From Histomonas meleagridis 2922-C6/04-290x (Eukaryota > Protista > Parabasalia): 64,000 bases of DNA. The notes under the pieces were generated by a model, which did no database searches, was not told where the DNA came from, and was given only the letters and a program-made list of their open reading frames with translations. A program made the translations under genes and the position numbers. This document shows, piece after piece, positions 57,640 to 64,000 of this stretch. Positions within the stretch are counted from its first letter, which is position 1. Every line of letters starts with the position of its first letter. Location of the stretch: contig JAANOX010000259.1 of assembly GCA_020184695.1 (NCBI GenBank), forward strand, positions 62,001 through 126,000, given 5' to 3'.

Positions 57640-58478
57640 TAAAATAAATTTAATATTTGTTTTTTCTTTTATCAGGTGATTTTTTGGTATAAATATTGAT
57701 GAAAAATAAATTACTTTGATCAAAAATATAAAAATCAAAGAAAATATAAAAGAATATAAATTTAAATTATTTAGTAAAGAGATAAAAATTAGGAACAAAA
57801 ATGAAAAGAAAGAAGAAAAATATTTGTTCAATTGCTTGAAATAAATAAGTAATTTTTGATAAATAAAACTTTTATTAGAATAAAAGTTATGTAACTTATG
57901 AAAATATGAATCATTAAAAATTAAGTAGCCTTTGTTAAAAAAGTAAATTTTTAAGAAACTATTAAGCCAAATAAGATGACTTACAAAAAATCTATTTAAA
58001 AGGTTGTACATGATTTTGTAAATATAAAATTTTTCATATTTTAGATAATATTTGAAAGCATATGTTGAGATATAAAAATTACCTATAAATGCTTGTGTGA
58101 TTGATAAATTTCTCAACATTGAAATACGAATTAAAAAAGCGGGATGTGATGAGAACGTTTATAAAAAAACCGTAAAAAATAAACGTTTTCTGGTTTTCAA
58201 ATATTCATTTATAAGCGCAATATCAAATAGTATTATCATGTATACTGTTTTCTCTTATACATACACACTCAAAATATATTAATTGAGAGATAAAAACTTT
58301 AAAAAATTATCAAAGATTGTTTTATAATTAATCAGATAATCAATACTTATTTGATGCATTAAATAATCGTTTATTCAGCATCCTCTTATAGGATTGAAAT
58401 TGAAATTTAAGCTGTGGAATTACACTATTGCAATGATAAAATTAATAAACGTTCTTCTTTTAAACGTCTATTTTTTTG

Positions 58479-61400
58479 ATGGAAAATGACGATTGGAAAA
58501 CACGTCTCAAAGCATATGAAGATATTCTTCAACTAATGTCTGATCCATCCCCAGAACTTTTAGATCAGCTATCGGCAGAATTACCAAATTATTTAGCTGA
58601 TGAAAATTCAAATTGTCAAAGAACTGCATTATTAATATGTGAAAAATATTTAAAATTTTCACCACCGACAGCCATCATAGTTAAAATTTCTAACACTATA
58701 CTTCAAAAAGGCTTACTTACAAATCCTCAAACATCTGATGTTTCAAAAAATTTCATGATCCAATGTCTTCAAAAAGAGCGTCAAACTATTGTTGAACAAT
58801 TATTTACTGACATTGAATCCAAATCCGATGAGTTCATCAAAATTGTATTTTCAATAATTGTTTCTCATCTAGCCACTCTTACATCCAAAGACTCTGAATA
58901 TATATCATATATTATTGACAGCATCAAACCTCTACAGAACTGTGATGATCCACAAATACGAAATGAAGTTTCTTCTGTCATTGCATCTGCGAAATTAGTT
59001 TCTGGTTCTGACCTAGACACAGCTTCCACTCCCAAAACTCTTTCACCTCGTCCTAAAACAGATTTCAAGCCACGTTGGGTTGATCTTTTAAATAACCCTA
59101 ATTGGAAAGATCGTAAATCCGGCTATGAAGAACTCCTTTCGTCAATCAATGAGAATTCACAACTTCAATTCATTGAGCATAACTTTCTTGTTCCAGCAAC
59201 AACAGAGAAAAACGTTCAATGCGAAACGGTCGCCATTCAAATCATTGAAAAACTCGCTATCGTCTTCAAGAATCAACTTATGCGGAAATTACGAGAATAC
59301 ATTACACCAATCATTAATGCATTATCACAAAAGCGTCAAAGTCGCCAAAAGATATTACAAAGTGCATTTGATTCTGTTGCACTTAATGTTGTTGCATCAC
59401 CATATGAACCACCATTTGTTGAACATTTATTAAAAATGATGAATTCGACATCAATACGTTTAAAAGAAGAAAGTATTTTATTTATAAATCGTTGCCAAGT
59501 CACGCCGATTTCTCAGCCAATAATTGATGCACTTAACACTTTAACTTCAGATCCTAATTCATCAATTCGAGAATTAGCTTCGAATACACTTTCAAAATTC
59601 AATTTGAAGGCGGAAGCGACCGTTAACAACTCAAACGAACCCCCTCAAGACGATAGGCCAAAAGTGACAGCTCGAGCTAGATCACCTGATATTAATCGAA
59701 GAAATATTAGAAGACATACTACAATCTTAAATACAAAGACATTATTTGAAAACTGGATTGATCCTAATACATATCAATTATTAATATCAGGACAATGGGC
59801 ATCTGTTACAAAAGGCTTAGATTCATTAAAGAAGCAATTTGAACAAAATCCAATACAAAATTATGTAATAATTATTTGGTTATGTTCATATTTTACTGGG
59901 AAATTATTTACACCAAAAGTCATGACGAAACTTATGCAATTACTTATATACTTTATAAAATATGATAAAGAATCAATTAATAATGAAACTATAACATATG
60001 CAACGCAATTCTCTTTAGATAATATAACAGAAAAGAAATTCGAATTATTAATTTTTGAAATTCTTGACTTGTTAACAGAAATTAATTCACCGCAAAATGT
60101 ATTCCAAATATTATATACACAAATCACAGCCAAAAATCCTGCGTTACCATTACATATCTCATTATATTTCCAACATTATTTAACCAAATACAAAAAACTT
60201 GACACGTCATTAAACGTCAATGAATTAATATCACAAATCAAAATCCTTTCAGGGCATAATGATTCAGTCATACGTAAGATATCTAATGATTGTTTAGATA
60301 TACTTAACAACAACAATGAAAATAGTAATAACAATAAAACTAAAGCAATAAGGAAAAATTCGCCATCAAAAATAACAATTCAACAAACTACAGAAAGTAA
60401 AACATCTCGAATACGTTCCGAGATACCAATTGCACGAAACAGGCCAATGACACCACAAAAGCCATTTATAAACAACAACATAATGAACGATAGTAAATCA
60501 TTAATTCCAAATCGATTAATTATACCATTAACAAAAACGACATCGAATTTTGAAGTACGTAAAGCGCTCGATGAAATCGAAGTCATATTAAACAAACAAC
60601 TCGAGAAGATTGGTCCATCGACAGTATCATCGACAGAATTTACCGAATTATTTCAGAAGCTTCGTCAATGGTTTAAAGATTCTAATGCATCAATTGTATT
60701 ATCTATTACGCATTTAATTGGATTATGTTTTAAGCTCATTAAAAAAGAAGAAATATTAAACATATCAAATGATTTCTTAGTCGACACATGTTTGCTATTA
60801 AATTTCACGCAAAAAGGTATTCCTTCAGCGACAATAAATGTATTAATACAATTAGATTCGATTCATCCGACATTTGTATCCGATGTATTAATTCAAGCGT
60901 TTAGTAAATTGAACATCGATGGAAAGAAAGCAGCAATAAATTTATTAAATAATTTGAAGTTCGAAATGAATATAACAAAATTCACTTCGTTAATAATCAA
61001 TTTCTTAATTGATAAATCAGATACGTATAAAGAATCAGGGAAATCATTAATAGAAAAATTTATGTTATTAAATGGCGCAAAAGAAACAATACAAAAAGAA
61101 GCAGAACAATTTCCGCCTGCACAAAAGAATTTGTTACTTTCGAGACTTTCTTTGTTTATAAAAAATGATACATTCTTAAAAGTGATACCACAACAAAGTG
61201 AAAAAGATAAAAGAGAAGAAAATATTGATCCGTTTATATCGTTAAATATTATAAATTCGGAGGTGAAAATCGATACATTTAAAGAAATACTTAAGAAGAA
61301 TTTGGATATTTACTTTAATAATTCAAATGAATTAATTTCAAATGATATGAAAATAATTTCAAAAAATTACGAAAAATTCACTGATTTATCGAAAAGTGAC

Positions 61401-62798
61401 TTTTTACATTTTTATTTTGTTTTGGATTTGATATTTTTTTGGTGTTCTTTTCAAATATTACAATTTAAAACTAAAGAAGAATTTAATTTAATGATTATGT
61501 TCTTGAATACGATACTAAATGAATTACAAAACAAAAAAAGAAATTTATCTGATTTCGAATTATGTATAATATTACCAACAATTTTCGAATGTTCTGGTAG
61601 AAATAAAGATGAATGGAAACAAATTTGTTTACAATTTATTAAAGTTTCAATTCCTAATGATTTATTAACTGTTTTAACAAAAATTTTGTCGAAAACAAAT
61701 TCGATTTATATAATAATTTCGACGTATGAAATGTTAACTAAAATTATGCCAAGCGTTGAAGTTTCAAAGCATTTTGACGAATTGAAAAAAATAACAAATA
61801 AATTAACGGTTTTTGCCTCAGACGATAAACAAAAGAACAAGGCACTTTTTGATGTATGCACAAAATTCAATGCGTTACTCGAAAAGTACTCCTCACCTCA
61901 AAATAAAAATTCAAAAGCACTTCCTCCTTTAGCTAATCCTTCAAATAGAAGACAATCTTCTAATATACCAGCGCCTTCACCACCACAACAAAATCAAGTA
62001 TTAACACCACTTCAACCTAAATCCACAAAATCGAAATCTAAAATGAATCCAATTATTGACCAAATTATTGAGTCGCCACAAATCCAAATGTACAAATGGA
62101 TTAGTGATCTTCTAAATAACGATATCCATTTGCTTCTTCAGCCACTAAAATTAATTTCGAATCAACTTAAGAATGACATTAATGTTTTTAAGCCGCACAT
62201 CGATACTCTCTTAGTGGCACTCATCCGAACTCTTCATATACAACTTTCGCTTACTCCATTGCCAACTCGCGTATGCAAATATGCCGCGTTTTGCATGCTG
62301 ACAATTCTCGGCGAAAGTGAAGCACATAATAAAATGCGTAATGAGTACGTTGAACAAGTCATTTTCGATATTGTTACTTGCAATTCAATGTCTCAAACAC
62401 AGCCTAATGAACAAGTTCTTGTTCAAGTACTTAATGCTATTGTCATCAAACTAATCGATGACTTTAGAGTTATATCTTTTAATGTGATTGTTCGGATTTT
62501 TTGTGATTGTGATAATGTGAATGATGGAATATATAAAAATGTTTTGAGATACTTTGAGAATTGTATAGAAATGACATCAAAGAATTCGGACTTTGATGAG
62601 GTTATTGAGGTTGTTAATGTCATTGATGAATTAATTGTAAAAAATTCGATGCAAATGGAAATGAAAAATAAAGTATTGAAAATTGTGTCGAAATTTTTGG
62701 GCGAAATAGGAAACAAATTCAAAAATGAGTTTGGAAAAAAGGATGTGAATGAAAAATTGGATGGGAAAACATTGGAAATGTTAAATGGTAAAAATTAA
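58479..62798 (+). CDS. XMAP215/ch-TOG/Stu2-family microtubule polymerase-like protein (TOG domains)
   Basis: TOG-start motifs DWKTRLKAYE, NWKDRKSGYEEL and WASVTKGL; HEAT repeats; basic linkers; C-terminal conserved region. Confidence 0.8.
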   Translation: MENDDWKTRLKAYEDILQLMSDPSPELLDQLSAELPNYLADENSNCQRTALLICEKYLKFSPPTAIIVKISNTILQKGLLTNPQTSDVSKNFMIQCLQKERQTIVEQLFTDIESKSDEFIKIVFSIIVSHLATLTSKDSEYISYIIDSIKPLQNCDDPQIRNEVSSVIASAKLVSGSDLDTASTPKTLSPRPKTDFKPRWVDLLNNPNWKDRKSGYEELLSSINENSQLQFIEHNFLVPATTEKNVQCETVAIQIIEKLAIVFKNQLMRKLREYITPIINALSQKRQSRQKILQSAFDSVALNVVASPYEPPFVEHLLKMMNSTSIRLKEESILFINRCQVTPISQPIIDALNTLTSDPNSSIRELASNTLSKFNLKAEATVNNSNEPPQDDRPKVTARARSPDINRRNIRRHTTILNTKTLFENWIDPNTYQLLISGQWASVTKGLDSLKKQFEQNPIQNYVIIIWLCSYFTGKLFTPKVMTKLMQLLIYFIKYDKESINNETITYATQFSLDNITEKKFELLIFEILDLLTEINSPQNVFQILYTQITAKNPALPLHISLYFQHYLTKYKKLDTSLNVNELISQIKILSGHNDSVIRKISNDCLDILNNNNENSNNNKTKAIRKNSPSKITIQQTTESKTSRIRSEIPIARNRPMTPQKPFINNNIMNDSKSLIPNRLIIPLTKTTSNFEVRKALDEIEVILNKQLEKIGPSTVSSTEFTELFQKLRQWFKDSNASIVLSITHLIGLCFKLIKKEEILNISNDFLVDTCLLLNFTQKGIPSATINVLIQLDSIHPTFVSDVLIQAFSKLNIDGKKAAINLLNNLKFEMNITKFTSLIINFLIDKSDTYKESGKSLIEKFMLLNGAKETIQKEAEQFPPAQKNLLLSRLSLFIKNDTFLKVIPQQSEKDKREENIDPFISLNIINSEVKIDTFKEILKKNLDIYFNNSNELISNDMKIISKNYEKFTDLSKSDFLHFYFVLDLIFFWCSFQILQFKTKEEFNLMIMFLNTILNELQNKKRNLSDFELCIILPTIFECSGRNKDEWKQICLQFIKVSIPNDLLTVLTKILSKTNSIYIIISTYEMLTKIMPSVEVSKHFDELKKITNKLTVFASDDKQKNKALFDVCTKFNALLEKYSSPQNKNSKALPPLANPSNRRQSSNIPAPSPPQQNQVLTPLQPKSTKSKSKMNPIIDQIIESPQIQMYKWISDLLNNDIHLLLQPLKLISNQLKNDINVFKPHIDTLLVALIRTLHIQLSLTPLPTRVCKYAAFCMLTILGESEAHNKMRNEYVEQVIFDIVTCNSMSQTQPNEQVLVQVLNAIVIKLIDDFRVISFNVIVRIFCDCDNVNDGIYKNVLRYFENCIEMTSKNSDFDEVIEVVNVIDELIVKNSMQMEMKNKVLKIVSKFLGEIGNKFKNEFGKKDVNEKLDGKTLEMLNGKN

Positions 62799-63737
62799 AT
62801 ATAAAATATATGCGTGTTTTAGATAAGTAAAATAATATATAGAATAATTTTATAATAATTTTTAAAAGATAATAAAAATATTTATAACTACGTTTCAAGA
62901 ACATAAGCAATTTCTATGTAAATGAAAATATTTTATTTTTTGAGTTTAATCTTGAAATCAAATTTTATCCATTTGCAAAAATATGTTTTAATCAAGTAAA
63001 ATAGTTTTACATGTAATCATTTTTATGGTTCTTATTCAAAAAAATTGCTTATATATTATTTGTTCCAGCAGAATTCTGGAAGAATGATGTATAATAAATA
63101 AAGTACAGAAAATTTGAATGTATAATTTTTCCCGCCGATCATCATTCATTGATAAGGTAAGTTGCACAATTCAAAAAAATTTGAATATTAGTATTAAACA
63201 TCACCCTGTTGTGGTTGCCATTGTAAAAATCTGATAATTTGGTTATATCTGATTCAGAAAAAAGCTTACTATTTTCGGTTGTTCACACTATAATTTAGCT
63301 CATTTTTGTAACAATGTGTGACATATACTAACGATGTGCTGTGTATAGGTGGGTCATGTATATTGGATGATAAAATGAAGATTCAATTTTTTTGTTCGAT
63401 ATTATCATACTTCTAATATTCGTTGAGGATTTATTTATATATACCATTCAATCATGGATTTGGAAGTGCTAGTAGAAATTCAAGTTAAAACTTTTTTTGT
63501 AATACTCTAATATTTATTCAATTTAAATTGATACAGTAAATTATAAAAAACAAATAAAACATAATATCGTATATTATGTACTTACATTTCATAATATTTA
63601 TATGTGTATTATCAGTATAATACATCCAGCATTACTGTTCCGATGATAACTGTATCATCATATAATTGAGAACAAAACAGGTAATTGAATTCAATTATCG
63701 TCAAAAACTTTTCTGAGACAGAATAGAAATAATTGAG

Positions 63738-63890
63738 ATGTCAGAGAAGGAAAAAAAGATCACTTCATTTTTTACAATGTTCTTCCCTGATCCTCCACCT
63801 CCACATCATCCACCTGGCCCTGGCCCACAGCCACCTCATCATCCACCTCCACATCATCATGGACTTGAAATTCCATCATACCTTTGGTAA
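63738..63890 (+). CDS. Putative 50-aa Pro/His-rich small protein (below ORF-track cutoff)
   Basis: MSEKEKKITSFFTMFFPDPPPPHHPPGPGPQPPHHPPPHHHGLEIPSYLW*; GC-rich island in AT-rich DNA. Confidence 0.35.
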   Translation: MSEKEKKITSFFTMFFPDPPPPHHPPGPGPQPPHHPPPHHHGLEIPSYLW

Positions 63891-64000
63891 ACAGCTCCAT
63901 TGGCTTATTTTAATTTTTTAACATTTTCTGTAATAACACCTATAAAACACTCAGATGATATCATTATTATACATTAAGAGTGATCATTAATCAAATTGAT

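Noticed and set aside
57640-58119. 160-codon N-terminal extension of the BspA ORF
   Set aside because: F/I/L/Y-rich translation of AT-rich upstream DNA; ATG 57639 gives a sensible leader.
1-64000. CRISPR array or rRNA
   Set aside because: No short direct-repeat/unique-spacer array (the ankyrin spacers are homologous to each other) and no rRNA-like sequence.

Overview
AT-rich eukaryotic genomic window, almost certainly from a trichomonad parabasalid (Tritrichomonas-like). This is inferred from near-intronless genes, Inr/M3/M5-type core promoter motifs, a hydrogenosomal Tom40-like porin, and BspA, DUF3447-like and ankyrin families. Intact-looking host genes: Tom40/porin, AP sigma subunit, a 1879-aa formin, CCDC180-like, FCP1, RPL13, a metallophosphoesterase, PIBF1-like, two ARM-repeat proteins, a PPP phosphatase, an XMAP215/TOG protein and several hypotheticals. 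There are three tRNA genes: Arg-ACG and two identical Pro-TGG. A decayed zinc-finger/RT non-LTR retrotransposon begins 17 nt after tRNA-Arg. A ~10 kb island between the two tRNA-Pro genes holds nested DNA-transposon remnants (MULE, Tc1, hAT, IS481-like integrase). The most unusual signals are four. (1) An ankyrin array whose 30-codon modules are separated at a fixed position by conserved, mostly frame-breaking spacers (80,80,80,80,71,66,81 nt) that look like non-canonical introns. (2) A Tc1 element whose transposase appears fused to a C-terminal Myb domain. (3) An IS481-like element with TG..CA ends carrying a perfect 26-bp hairpin. (4) A Rho-like pseudo-GTPase fused to four TM helices. All calls come from manual reading; no database searches were run.
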